Below are positions 47,655 through 57,236 of a stretch of DNA of 64,000 nucleotides, piece after piece. Made by a program: the position numbers and the translations under genes. Position 1 is the stretch's first letter. Each line of letters starts with the position of its first letter. The notes under the pieces are model-generated. The model was not told where the DNA came from. It ran no database searches and was given only the letters and a program-made list of their open reading frames with translations. The stretch is from a virus (taxonomy: Duplodnaviria; Caudoviricetes): the IMG/VR virus record IMGVR_UViG_3300006155_000002. One strand, 5' to 3'.

Positions 47655-47820
47655 GTATCGAATCCTCGATAGGTGGTAACACTCTAAACTCCACTCATAC
47701 GGCTATGTGACTTTCGGCACATGGTCTTATTGGCATCTTCTGTCGCATTTTACCCAAACGTAGCTGCTAAAGATTTCCGCTTGGAACCTCGTTTCACGAG
47801 GATCAGATGTTACTCCTTTC
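47655..47820 (-). ncRNA. Structured leader motif, copy 2
   Basis: GAAAGGAG-9nt-ATCCTCGTGAAACGAGGTT-CCAAGCG..CGTTTGG-GTAAA. Confidence 0.55.
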
Positions 47821-47844
47821 TGCAATCATCATAGCGTAACCTCT

Positions 47845-48042
47845 TTATGTTATATAGTCCCATGCTTTTTCTTTTGCTAACTTTTTGTAGGTGCAGCCAT
47901 GGAATACATCTCTATTATACCGCACCATACGATTCAGACGTTTCTTGTTTTTCTTCAAAGAGTATTTAACCTCTCCTCGTAAAGAGTGCCGTCCACGGCC
48001 TCTGTCCCAATACTGTTTGGCTTCTCGCTTTGAACCTCTCAT
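47845..48042 (-). CDS. Small basic protein
   Basis: GAGGAG SD; K/R rich. Confidence 0.6.
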   Translation of the reverse strand: MRGSKREAKQYWDRGRGRHSLRGEVKYSLKKNKKRLNRMVRYNRDVFHGCTYKKLAKEKAWDYIT

Positions 48043-48332
48043 TCTGACTCCTCATGCCACAATCCAATAGAGAAGTCATTTGTAAAGTCCTCGTTATCCT
48101 TATCTCCATAGACAAGAACGTCAAATTGATGATCACTCCACACGATACTGTCGCCATCATAATGGTAGCTACTACGGATGACAGCTAAATCCTGGCACCA
48201 CACACTATCTCTATCCATGATACCAATAAACATCTCTCTGCTATATTTCGGATCTGTGTTTTGCTCTGCTACCAATTTATAGCCATTAAACAGATCAATT
48301 TCGATACGATTTCTTGCATTTTCTGACATCAT
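48039..48332 (-). CDS. Hypothetical protein
   Basis: QDLAVIR...VLVYGD..NEDFT. Confidence 0.65.
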   Translation of the reverse strand: MMSENARNRIEIDLFNGYKLVAEQNTDPKYSREMFIGIMDRDSVWCQDLAVIRSSYHYDGDSIVWSDHQFDVLVYGDKDNEDFTNDFSIGLWHEESE

Positions 48333-48784
48333 TACACCTCACTTGTTGGCGTTCTGTATAGCTGATATTTCTTACTGATTACATGAGCGATATTATCGGG
48401 TAACGGTGCGAACCAAATTCCTGTTAGTGTTGTTCCGTTTTCTTCCTCTGGCGATAATTCGGTCATACAATTATCATAAATCAGGCCAAAATTCTCACCT
48501 TCGACAAGTCCAAGTTCCTCAGCAACAATCTTGACTTTGAGTAGCTGGTTTTTGTTTTTGGCTTCGCAGATTGTTTTGACAAAAGATCCATTGATATAAT
48601 TATCGAAAATACCGCCGTCAATTCTGGCTGAGCAGCGATAATCATCCGAGCAATCGATAAAATCAGAGTGATTTCGAATGAAATTCATCCAATACGCCTC
48701 AGCGCAGTGTGCAACTTGTGCAGCCAACTTACCTGGAGACATTTTTAAGTCTTTTCGCATAATAAACAATCGTCTATAACCCAT
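48332..48784 (-). CDS. Peptidyl-tRNA hydrolase, PTH2 family
   Basis: RKDLKMSPGKLAAQVAH, K.IC, IYDNCMTE, T.TGI...P. Confidence 0.85.
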   Translation of the reverse strand: MGYRRLFIMRKDLKMSPGKLAAQVAHCAEAYWMNFIRNHSDFIDCSDDYRCSARIDGGIFDNYINGSFVKTICEAKNKNQLLKVKIVAEELGLVEGENFGLIYDNCMTELSPEEENGTTLTGIWFAPLPDNIAHVISKKYQLYRTPTSEV

Positions 48785-49019
48785 ATTATTTCACCAAAAA
48801 AGTTCTTATTATTGCTTGCAATAGTGAAGAAAATCTCCACAATGTGGACAGCGAACATAAAAGGCCGGAATACCAAGAACAGTTTCGCCCAGTTCACAGT
48901 CTTCAAAAGTTGTATATAACAGTGCTCTGCATGAACTACACCACTTTATTTTGTGCTTTGGATATTTCTTAATTGTACATCTCGGTTTAATTAACGTTTT
49001 CATAAAAATCACCACCAAA

Positions 49020-49403
49020 TCAATCTTTTGTTCTATATCTATTGCGTAGAGCAGACTCAGCCATATCTTTACTCACAAAAAAGCAATCCCCGATAGCACG
49101 TCCAACAAACTCATCGAAGTCCCCAGTTTCTTCAAAGTCAACTGAAAAGCTGTCGATATTTCCGTCTTTGAGCTGAACACTAAAAACAGTACCCTTTTCA
49201 ATCTCGCCTGATTCAAAATCCACATACCATATTGGAGAACCTTTTCTTATGGAAGTCTGACAATCTACCAAATCAGCTCTTTCCCGCAACAAAGCAACTG
49301 CCATATAAAGAGCTTCCGTAATCAGTTTTGCATGAGGATATTCATTCTTATAGTGTATCTTTGTATGTTCCTCTATTCTGTCAGCAGCTTCACGGTACGT
49401 CAT
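49020..49403 (-). CDS. Hypothetical protein
   Basis: ORF in operon. Confidence 0.55.
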   Translation of the reverse strand: MTYREAADRIEEHTKIHYKNEYPHAKLITEALYMAVALLRERADLVDCQTSIRKGSPIWYVDFESGEIEKGTVFSVQLKDGNIDSFSVDFEETGDFDEFVGRAIGDCFFVSKDMAESALRNRYRTKD

Positions 49404-49431
49404 TGTGTCACCACCTTATAAAATTAACCTT

Positions 49432-49767
49432 TTATTCTGACTTTGCAGATTTTAGCCAATGCAGACAGTCACTAACATCTCCCCACATTACTCCGCTACC
49501 AGTAATCGAACACCTAAATTCCACAGAGTACAAGAAATGCGATAGTTCGTTGTCGCCCATTGAACGGATGTGGTCTGCATTAGTTGTGGCATCCACCTCA
49601 TCGTCGTATAAATACCACATCATCCCATCGTAAGGAGAAATTGCCCCATAACAGTTTGGTTCATCTTCATTCCCGATCTGAGCTATTGTTACAATGTCTC
49701 CGTTTTCAAAATTACCACCGCTGTACACGTTTTTTGCACATACTGTAGCACCTACTCTAAATCTCAC
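49432..49767 (-). CDS. Hypothetical protein
   Basis: GAGGAGG SD; TNADHIRSM motif. Confidence 0.65.
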   Translation of the reverse strand: MRFRVGATVCAKNVYSGGNFENGDIVTIAQIGNEDEPNCYGAISPYDGMMWYLYDDEVDATTNADHIRSMGDNELSHFLYSVEFRCSITGSGVMWGDVSDCLHWLKSAKSE

Positions 49768-50247
49768 AGCAAACCTCCTCTCGGGTTAAGAACGTATAGG
49801 AAAGGGCAATCTTCTTTACAAATTGGCTGTATCTTCTAAAAAGGAGAGTCACTTCTCAACATCTTGCTCTCACAAGCTATAACCAATTAAACTACGCTAC
49901 CAGATTAGAAGTCTCTCAAAATGACTTCTTTAGAAATATATCCTAACAACGGCCTGTCATTCCAATACTGCTTTTGCCCATTGTAACAAGCGATCCGGAA
50001 ATCTGAAACATATTCCATTGATAATGCAATTTTTTTCATCTTTTTTATTGATGACTTTGCGCCATTTACTGTTCTTGGATATGCTTTAGCTCCATCTATT
50101 GCTGGATTATAAAAACCAGTATTGTGGCTATTAGGATTGATAATTTCGAGCAGTAAAGTTATCATATTATACTGTACTCCAACCATATGTGAATCCTTCA
50201 TCTTGTTCCATATCATCCATTTTGTCTCAATGAGTTGTCTAAACACT

Positions 50248-50583
50248 TCATGCTGGGACAAAACCGTGTTCGTAGAACCACATCTTATCAACCCCGTCAG
50301 GAACCTTATCAAAGATGTGTTCTTTCCAAAACGTATATCTTCCCTCTGCATATCCACGGCCATCTTCCATGGAAAATTCCAGCTCAACTCCTGTGTCATC
50401 CAGCCCCCATGCTGCTACCTTTACACAATAAACAGTATGTTTTTCGTCAGCTTTAGGGTACGGCTTATAGGAGTACAGGGCAATATATAGGTCTATTTCG
50501 TTATCGGGGTAACATGGGTGCCAATCATCCGTAACTTTTACCATCCTGTGCTCAGTTCGTTCCTTAAATTGCTTTCCCATCAC
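50248..50583 (-). CDS. Hypothetical protein
   Basis: GGAGG SD. Confidence 0.6.
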   Translation of the reverse strand: MMGKQFKERTEHRMVKVTDDWHPCYPDNEIDLYIALYSYKPYPKADEKHTVYCVKVAAWGLDDTGVELEFSMEDGRGYAEGRYTFWKEHIFDKVPDGVDKMWFYEHGFVPA

Positions 50584-50663
50584 TCCGCCTCCAAATCAGT
50601 CTTCTATTTGTTTACACATCTGAATTTTTCATGGAACTAATCATGTAAAACACCTCTATCAAA

Positions 50664-50912
50664 TTACTCTTCGGTGTGCCATGCTCTTTGTTCTGCAAGT
50701 TGATCATCTATATCAAGAGAGAAATTGTAGACTTCCACTACAGTTTGCATATTGATGGAATATTGTCGAATGGCTTCATCAAGATCTTCTTTAGACACAT
50801 AAACAGGGTAGTCTTCAAAGTCAAATGTGTCCCATACCACAAGCATATAGTCGCTTTTTGCGGCCTTTTCGCATTTAAGCCACGACTCAATCATCCATTT
50901 ATCTGCTACCAT
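50664..50912 (-). CDS. Conserved phage protein
   Basis: VVWDTFDFEDYPVYV...EVYN..QLAEQRAW. Confidence 0.7.
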   Translation of the reverse strand: MVADKWMIESWLKCEKAAKSDYMLVVWDTFDFEDYPVYVSKEDLDEAIRQYSINMQTVVEVYNFSLDIDDQLAEQRAWHTEE

Positions 50913-50928
50913 ACAGCAACCTCCTTAT

Positions 50929-51390
50929 CTAAGAAACACTGTTGAGAATTTTGATAGCTTCATTTGCTTCTCTTGCACCAAGGCCGCTGCTCATCATAGT
51001 TCTGACCCAGTGATCCTCATTTGGTTCAATATCAACTCTGTCATCCAGAATCACAAAGTTACAAACCTCGTCATGCTTTTTCAACCACAGGTTGATTTCT
51101 TCCCCTCTATGACCTGACGGAATCTCCGGTGTAAATCCATAGAATTTGATGCCATATCGTAAGAGTTCATCTCGCAACTCGATGTAGTCACTATTCCACT
51201 TAAAATCATCTCTGTCGTATCGCCAATCACTGGATAGTACGACTTCAGCACCGGTCTCGTCAACAATTCGTTTAAGGTTCTTGATTTGTCTGCGCCCAAC
51301 AAATCTGTATCCGTTAGAAGTTCTCCTGGTCGTTTTGTTGTTATTAAGTACACCGTCAACGTCCAGAAAAATTACTTTTACTTTATCCAT
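50929..51390 (-). CDS. HAD-domain protein (Swiss-army-knife RNA-repair-like HAD)
   Basis: FLDVDGVLN, LSSDWR, RGEEI, VILDD. Confidence 0.85.
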   Translation of the reverse strand: MDKVKVIFLDVDGVLNNNKTTRRTSNGYRFVGRRQIKNLKRIVDETGAEVVLSSDWRYDRDDFKWNSDYIELRDELLRYGIKFYGFTPEIPSGHRGEEINLWLKKHDEVCNFVILDDRVDIEPNEDHWVRTMMSSGLGAREANEAIKILNSVS

Positions 51391-52221
51391 TTGCTCACCG
51401 CCAACATTATCCATCTATTATCTAAGAAACTCTGAACGTATGAACTCAATGATGTTGTTTCTTACGCCATTGCTCCCATTGTTTGCTCTGAACTTGACCA
51501 TTGGATCTTCTGTGCTGAAACAGATATTTTCGATATAGTTCAGAATCTCTTTTGCTGCTGCCTTTTTGCCCATTTTGTAATACTCTAAATCACTTAAATC
51601 ATTCTTCATATTCATCACCAAAATAATTATGTTTTGTATACCGTTGCGACGGTAATGCCAAATACCTTGTATCTTGTGCAGCATCCATCGCTTATTGCAT
51701 TCGCATTCTTATACATCCACGCATATTTTGAATGCGCAAACTTCATATATATCCACATTGTGTATTCTCCTTTACTATGCGGCGTGGTGCCTTATGCCAT
51801 AGATTTCTACCCTACATTAAAAATTTCGTCATATGCGGCGTTGATGGGACATATATCGCAGCAGTCAGGTTCACAATAGCCATCACAAATCTTTTGATTA
51901 CAATATTTTCTAAATAGATCCTTAAATGCCTGTAGTTCCTGTTCTGTCATATTAGCTACCCCTTTTATGTTATTTTGACACCATTCTCCAATAGGAAATC
52001 GGCAATAGACTCAAAATCTGTTTCTTGGAGGTTAATCATTTTCGACTGGAACCATCCACCGAGACCATCAGCCAACATACTGATAAGCTTTTGGCGCTCT
52101 GTTCCAGAACATTCAGCATCCATCAATTCGTCCCATGATGGATCTTCAATGTAAATGTTCTCTCCGCACACACCACATTCCATAGAGTATCCTTGACTGT
52201 CAGTTGCAACCCAAAAATGTT

Positions 52222-52482
52222 TTATAGCTTATTCCTCCAGTCTTTCATGTTTAATACAACTCGCCTATTCCACATAGCCTGGACTGTCACTTTATCTTGT
52301 GCATATCCTGGATCTATGCTTGCCATACAACTGGAGCATAGAACACCAAAACGCTCGCCGGCCAGATGCTGATATTTATAGTAGACGACTGTAGCATCGC
52401 CACAAAACGGACACGGAAGAAGCTGTAAATCACTGTCCGCATCTGGTCTCCATATATCGTTTATCTTACTGATATCCATCAT
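52222..52482 (-). CDS. Lar-family (restriction alleviation) Zn-finger protein
   Basis: LLPCPFCG...CSSC...WNRR. Confidence 0.8.
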   Translation of the reverse strand: MMDISKINDIWRPDADSDLQLLPCPFCGDATVVYYKYQHLAGERFGVLCSSCMASIDPGYAQDKVTVQAMWNRRVVLNMKDWRNKL

Positions 52483-52589
52483 GACAGTTCCTCCCTTTTT
52501 GATAGACTCAAATTACAAAATTGAAAACGTGACATACAGACGTGTTCGTACATATGTAACTCTGTAATTTCAATCCATCACAAATATGT

Positions 52590-52615
52590 AAGCGTGACGG
52601 GAAACCGTCACGCTT
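52590..52615. terminator. Perfect hairpin, probable terminator
   Basis: AAGCGTGACGG-GAAA-CCGTCACGCTT. Confidence 0.6.
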
Positions 52616-52618
52616 TGC

Positions 52619-53308
52619 TTAGAATCGGATTTTCTTGTGGAACTTGGCCTGGAATATCTCTTTTGCAAAATCCATGTTGCGCTTAACTTGCTCAATGTAA
52701 GGTTTCTTAAGGTCATAACCAAAATAAAGTACAAACAAAATCGCGTTTAGGAACTCACCTTTAATATCACTTTTATTCATCCGAACTGTCATATTGGTGA
52801 TACCGCCAAGCAGTTTGTACCAAATTGCAGTCATTCCCTCGGTCTCTCTGAGATGAAACTCATCCAGCCATTCTTGCAAAGTCCACACTTTACCCGTTTC
52901 CTTACCAGTCTGGCAAGTATGTGGATTTACGAAGTAATGGAATGTTTGATCTCTCACATCAAAATATCTGCCAAGAGGATAAAGCGCACAAACGGCAGGC
53001 TTATTGGCTTGTATCATGCAATGTCCATTCCTTAGCAACCGGCAGCTTCCATCAAGGCGCTCTTTCAAAACAAAGAGAGGCACATTTGATTGATGACCAA
53101 TATACCCCTCCGTATTTTCAGCAATCATCTCCTCGATGGAAGTGCCGAGTGCATAAGCAACTCTGAAGATATCCGGCCCAACCAATGGAATTGGCTCTTG
53201 CCTTTTTCGACAGCAATTTCCGCACATAGCACACTCAAAATGAAATGTGCCGTCCAACCCCAGCTCATTTGCTTGAAACTCCTCAAAATCTTTTTCTGTG
53301 TAACTCAT
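52619..53308 (-). CDS. YkgJ-family Cys-cluster (Fe-S/Zn) protein
   Basis: FECAMCGNCC, CRLL..CMI..KPAVCALYP. Confidence 0.85.
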   Translation of the reverse strand: MSYTEKDFEEFQANELGLDGTFHFECAMCGNCCRKRQEPIPLVGPDIFRVAYALGTSIEEMIAENTEGYIGHQSNVPLFVLKERLDGSCRLLRNGHCMIQANKPAVCALYPLGRYFDVRDQTFHYFVNPHTCQTGKETGKVWTLQEWLDEFHLRETEGMTAIWYKLLGGITNMTVRMNKSDIKGEFLNAILFVLYFGYDLKKPYIEQVKRNMDFAKEIFQAKFHKKIRF

Positions 53309-53388
53309 TTTCGCAGCTCCTATTTTATAGATTCATACCCCATCAGTTGCAGTGAAGTATGTATGGGGTTTGAAGCTGCGATAGTAAC

Positions 53389-53904
53389 TCAGGTAATCTC
53401 CCACCAGTAATCAAAAATTTTGCGGTAGCCGTTACCTTTTGGAGATATTGCGCTGGAACGGCGTACCGCCTTATTTGATGCTCGCTTAAAGAACCTCTTA
53501 TTTACGGAGTCGTGCGGATATTTGATGTAGGAGCCAACAACCCACTTACCGTCGTCTCCCCAATGTCCTTTGATATACGGGCCAATATATGGGGCGATCC
53601 ATCTGTACCCGTCCTGAAATTTCTGTATGTGCCTTCTGCGCATACTGCGTCTGTATGCACGTCCAGTCCTGCGCTGGCCTTTTTTCTCGCACCTTGGCAT
53701 ATTGGCCCACGCATCCTCGCAATATCCTCCAGCGAAGAATTCGCCATCGATCTTTTCACAACTGCAATGGTCAAATTGGAAGTCACCATATTCGGGATGC
53801 TCTTTGGCGATTTCAAGTCGTCTATCAAGCTGACAAACAATTTGGCACTCGTCGCACATAAACAGGCATGAGCCTCCAACATCAATCATCATAATGACCT
53901 CCAT
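53389..53904 (-). CDS. Cys-rich/basic hypothetical protein
   Basis: N-terminal Cys cluster; KRASNKAVRR..YRKIFDYWW. Confidence 0.65.
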   Translation of the reverse strand: MEVIMMIDVGGSCLFMCDECQIVCQLDRRLEIAKEHPEYGDFQFDHCSCEKIDGEFFAGGYCEDAWANMPRCEKKGQRRTGRAYRRSMRRRHIQKFQDGYRWIAPYIGPYIKGHWGDDGKWVVGSYIKYPHDSVNKRFFKRASNKAVRRSSAISPKGNGYRKIFDYWWEIT

Positions 53905-53924
53905 TCTGTTTTAGAGACTGATTC

Positions 53925-54353
53925 TTATCGAAAAACAACAACCATACTCGGAAACGGTGCGGAATTTTTACCGTCTCCAAATTTCAACCGGCCACGAAGA
54001 AAACGAGTTTCAACATTCGGCTTCTTATATATGTAGTCATGGAAATATGTTGTGTCGGTACGAGCCGGTATAAGCATCACAACAGTGGTATTAGGTTGTT
54101 TTGCTTCTTCATAGCATTTCTTTACCCAATCCTTAATTACTTTTCCATATGGAGGGTTACAGAAGACTGTCTCCCCCCCCCACGACTGGCGCAGCCCATC
54201 ATCTTCTCTGGTGAAATACTTTTCGCACTTATGATTCGATGCGTCTGCGCATGGGTCGAGGGTGAATGAAAACTCAGCGTTCAACGAATCGAAGAAATCC
54301 TGTGGTGTGGACCACTGATCCGTCTTGCTGCTAAACATGAGCTCTGTATTCAT
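53925..54353 (-). CDS. Phage N6-adenine DNA methyltransferase (Dam-like family)
   Basis: WSTPQDFF, FTLDPCA, DGL, FCNPPY, LIPARTDT, GRLKF, APFPS. Confidence 0.92.
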   Translation of the reverse strand: MNTELMFSSKTDQWSTPQDFFDSLNAEFSFTLDPCADASNHKCEKYFTREDDGLRQSWGGETVFCNPPYGKVIKDWVKKCYEEAKQPNTTVVMLIPARTDTTYFHDYIYKKPNVETRFLRGRLKFGDGKNSAPFPSMVVVFR

Positions 54354-54377
54354 TGATTCACCCATCAAACTGACATT

Positions 54378-54689
54378 TTATTCAGTTGTTCCGTTGTCTT
54401 CACCAGAAGATCCACCCGTACCTGCTCCTCCTTCTGGCTCCGTCGGTTGCTCTGGCTGCTCAGGCTCTGCTGGTTTACTCGGAGTCGTCTCCATATCCAT
54501 AAAGCTCTCAAATTCCTCGGCGCAAGTTGAACACAGTTCCTTCGTCCAGATGTGATCGTTCATCTGCCGATTATCGGCTGGAGTAGGACATCTGACGCCA
54601 GAGTTCAGCGGCCTTGCATAGGTTACAACCTTGATCTTGCGCTCGTCCCCAACGACCTTTTTACACCTGTCGCACAAAATACATCTCAT
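54378..54689 (-). CDS. Zn-finger protein with Pro/Glu-rich tail
   Basis: CDRC...LCSTC; PAEPEQPEQPTEPE. Confidence 0.65.
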   Translation of the reverse strand: MRCILCDRCKKVVGDERKIKVVTYARPLNSGVRCPTPADNRQMNDHIWTKELCSTCAEEFESFMDMETTPSKPAEPEQPEQPTEPEGGAGTGGSSGEDNGTTE

Positions 54690-54702
54690 TCAAATCACTC
54701 CT

Positions 54703-54996
54703 TCATGGTTCCAAAAACATTTCGCGAAACGCTCCCAGAAGCTCAATAAAATCGTCGAACAGCGGGATATACGTTGCATTGATATACTGCTCGTTCTGAG
54801 CAGTTTCATGGGTAACAAATGGCGCAAACGAAAGTTCGCCATCTTGTACGCACAAGACACCAAGAGAAAGCCCACGCTTATTCAGTTGATAGTGCGTATG
54901 GTTCTTCCCCATCAGCCGGATGCTAACGGAACATCCCGTTTTCTCCTCCAAGTCATTAGCAAATCTCTTGTAGTCTTTTACCTTATAAATCTCCAT
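54703..54996 (-). CDS. Hypothetical protein
   Basis: GGAGG SD. Confidence 0.6.
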   Translation of the reverse strand: MEIYKVKDYKRFANDLEEKTGCSVSIRLMGKNHTHYQLNKRGLSLGVLCVQDGELSFAPFVTHETAQNEQYINATYIPLFDDFIELLGAFREMFLEP

Positions 54997-55315
54997 TCAG
55001 ATCCTCCTTTTTCTGGCGCTGTAGCTTATCGGCCTGTGTCCAGAGTTGTTTTGGAAGCGGCAGAACTGTAATCAATCTTGTATCCCGAAACAGATATACT
55101 GCGTGATTGTAAACTCGCATATTGTTAGGATTGTGACTAAGGCGGAATATGCCATCTAAATGCTTGGACAGCTTCCCCTTTGCTTCTGAATGAGTAATTC
55201 CGAACTGGAGTGCCTTTTCTGCCGCTTTTTCAGTTGACTTCTTATTGATACCAAGGCGCTGACGAATGCGTTTTTCTGCGTGCTTTGTCACAACAACATC
55301 ACTCTTGCTCGCCAT
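54983..55315 (-). CDS. Basic protein with T-x-H-A-x-x-R motif (RelE/DUF4258-like fold possible)
   Basis: VVTKHAEKRIRQRLG...LITVL. Confidence 0.65.
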   Translation of the reverse strand: MASKSDVVVTKHAEKRIRQRLGINKKSTEKAAEKALQFGITHSEAKGKLSKHLDGIFRLSHNPNNMRVYNHAVYLFRDTRLITVLPLPKQLWTQADKLQRQKKEDLNGDL

Positions 55316-55319
55316 CGAG

Positions 55320-55568
55320 CTACCCTCCTATATACGGGTTGAATCTACTATCGCTGTATATGTTGAACGGGTGTCCGTCCTCAAAGAACTCGAAATGGAC
55401 TGAATTAAACGCTCCATCGAACCCTTCCAGGTAAACGCTGGTGTATGACTGTCCCATAATGATTTTGCTTATTGGATAATCTTTTCCGACGACCAAACCA
55501 CATTTCTTCACATCTTCGATGTTGTGTTCGTAACCATTGTCAGGGTGTTCAAATCTTGCCGTAACCAT
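55320..55568 (-). CDS. Hypothetical protein
   Basis: MGQSYTSVYL..FNSVHFEF. Confidence 0.6.
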   Translation of the reverse strand: MVTARFEHPDNGYEHNIEDVKKCGLVVGKDYPISKIIMGQSYTSVYLEGFDGAFNSVHFEFFEDGHPFNIYSDSRFNPYIGG

Positions 55569-55598
55569 TTCTTCACCACCTTTCGCTTGCGCACGAAA

Positions 55599-55632
55599 CA
55601 CAAAAAGGGTGGGCTTTCGCCCACCCCTTGTG
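55599..55632 (-). terminator. Terminator ending the ABC/PspA cassette
   Basis: GGGTGGGC-GAAA-GCCCACCC + TTTTT on - strand. Confidence 0.85.
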
Positions 55633-55637
55633 TCAAA

Positions 55638-57233
55638 TTAGCTCTCGATTGTCTTAAAGAAAATGTCGGTGCGGCGGTTGAGCTCAGCATCAGGACCACT
55701 CGGATCAGCGACCATATTGGAATTACCATTACCGACCACAATAATACGGTTTGCGTCGATACCATTGGCAACAAGGTAATTCTTGACGGTCTTCGCACGC
55801 TCCTCGGAAAGCTTCATACCGCCTTCGGTATTGTTCGTAGCATTGATATTACCCTCAATCTGGATAATTGTACCGTCCAGTGTGTTAGCAATCTCAACGA
55901 ACTCGCGCAGGATTTCATCGGCCTCTGCAGTATCCAGGAACTTTGCAGTATCTGCAACAAAATTTACAGTTGCGCTCTTGGAGAGAAGTGCTGCGGCTTC
56001 CTTCGCAACGTCACGCTGCTCTTGGGTGATTTCAGAAACCACCTTAGTAGAGGTCTGTGTATAGTGGTCAGACAGAGCCTTCACATAGCTCGTATCAAAC
56101 AGGGTGGCACCAAGGTTACGGTCCACTGTTTCACCAATGCTCTCCCAGATATCACACATATCCGAGTAAATCACCGGACAATCATTCTCCAGAGATGCAA
56201 TGTTTTCCGCATAGCCCATCATACCAGCATCGCCGCATTGAGAAAGGATATCCTCATCAGACGCGTCGGCAAACATGGGCATAACGCTGCGGATGTAGTC
56301 GAACTCTGTGGTATACATGGTGTCAGCCGCCTGGAAAATACCATCGGCAAACGCTGATACCACTTCTGGATGAGCCTCCGCAAAATCGCTGCGGAAGACA
56401 ATACCGTCCATAATCAGTTTATTGGATGAAGCAGTAGAGAACAGAATGTGCGAGTTTGTGCTGTCCGCCGCATTAGACAGGAACGGCTGCCATGTAGCTG
56501 CAACATCCAGCTTCCCGGCAAAGAACGCCTGGCCGGTGGCCTCTGCATCATCCATCAAGATCATATTGCTGATGATTTCTTGCTTCGTTGTATCGGGTAG
56601 ATCGGACTTGTTGATAAACCATACAACCAGTGTCTGCGCCTCACTGAACTTGGGTACGCCGACTTTTGCGCCGGCCAGATCCTCAATAGAGTCAATGCCA
56701 TTCAGCGCAATAATACCATCGCCACCGTCCGAGAAGTTGGTGAACACCGGCATAACCACGTCCAAACCGGCCTCCTTGAACTTGCCTGACAGGAAAGCCA
56801 CACGATTTGTTGTGTATCCTGCGGCGTTCAAATCACCCTTAATCAGGGCGTTGCTGGAAGAATCTGCGTCATTGATGATATTGATGTTGACTTTGATTCC
56901 CAGATTGTCAAAAATAGAACCAGCCTGCGTCGTCAAACCGCCATTCGCGTCGATGATTGGCTTCCAACCAATCCATTCATCCAACGACAGGTTGATTGTT
57001 GGGTCGCTGGTACTGATATGTACCGGCTGTGTCTGATTCGGAGCCGCTGAAACATCGTGGTCCTGTGTCACACTTGTCGATGGCGTGTTGGCGCTGTCTT
57101 TCTCCGCAGAGTCGAACCATCCGGGATTCCATTCAGAAAGGTATTGATACCCAAAGAATCCAGCGGTGCCCAAAATGGCAACAACCAGAATGAAGATAAC
57201 AACACGCCCAGCTTTTGTCAGTCGCAATTTCAT
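55638..57233 (-). CDS. Membrane-anchored ABC substrate-binding protein (NMT1/SsuA-like) fused to an OmpA-like C-terminal domain
   Basis: N-terminal TM; WIGW..ANGG, FSDGGDGII, AATWQP; IEGNI...LSEERAKTV..YL...NRRTD. Confidence 0.85.
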   Translation of the reverse strand: MKLRLTKAGRVVIFILVVAILGTAGFFGYQYLSEWNPGWFDSAEKDSANTPSTSVTQDHDVSAAPNQTQPVHISTSDPTINLSLDEWIGWKPIIDANGGLTTQAGSIFDNLGIKVNINIINDADSSSNALIKGDLNAAGYTTNRVAFLSGKFKEAGLDVVMPVFTNFSDGGDGIIALNGIDSIEDLAGAKVGVPKFSEAQTLVVWFINKSDLPDTTKQEIISNMILMDDAEATGQAFFAGKLDVAATWQPFLSNAADSTNSHILFSTASSNKLIMDGIVFRSDFAEAHPEVVSAFADGIFQAADTMYTTEFDYIRSVMPMFADASDEDILSQCGDAGMMGYAENIASLENDCPVIYSDMCDIWESIGETVDRNLGATLFDTSYVKALSDHYTQTSTKVVSEITQEQRDVAKEAAALLSKSATVNFVADTAKFLDTAEADEILREFVEIANTLDGTIIQIEGNINATNNTEGGMKLSEERAKTVKNYLVANGIDANRIIVVGNGNSNMVADPSGPDAELNRRTDIFFKTIES

Positions 57234-57236
57234 CGT

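Noticed and set aside
47690-47812. Twister ribozyme resemblance (UAACA..., UCCAAGC, UAAAA, GUGGAG)
   Set aside because: P4 and the pseudoknots cannot be formed, and the homologous leader at 39530-39678 lacks these words.
52535-52552. LexA/DinR box
   Set aside because: Only one half-site (GTTCG) matches.
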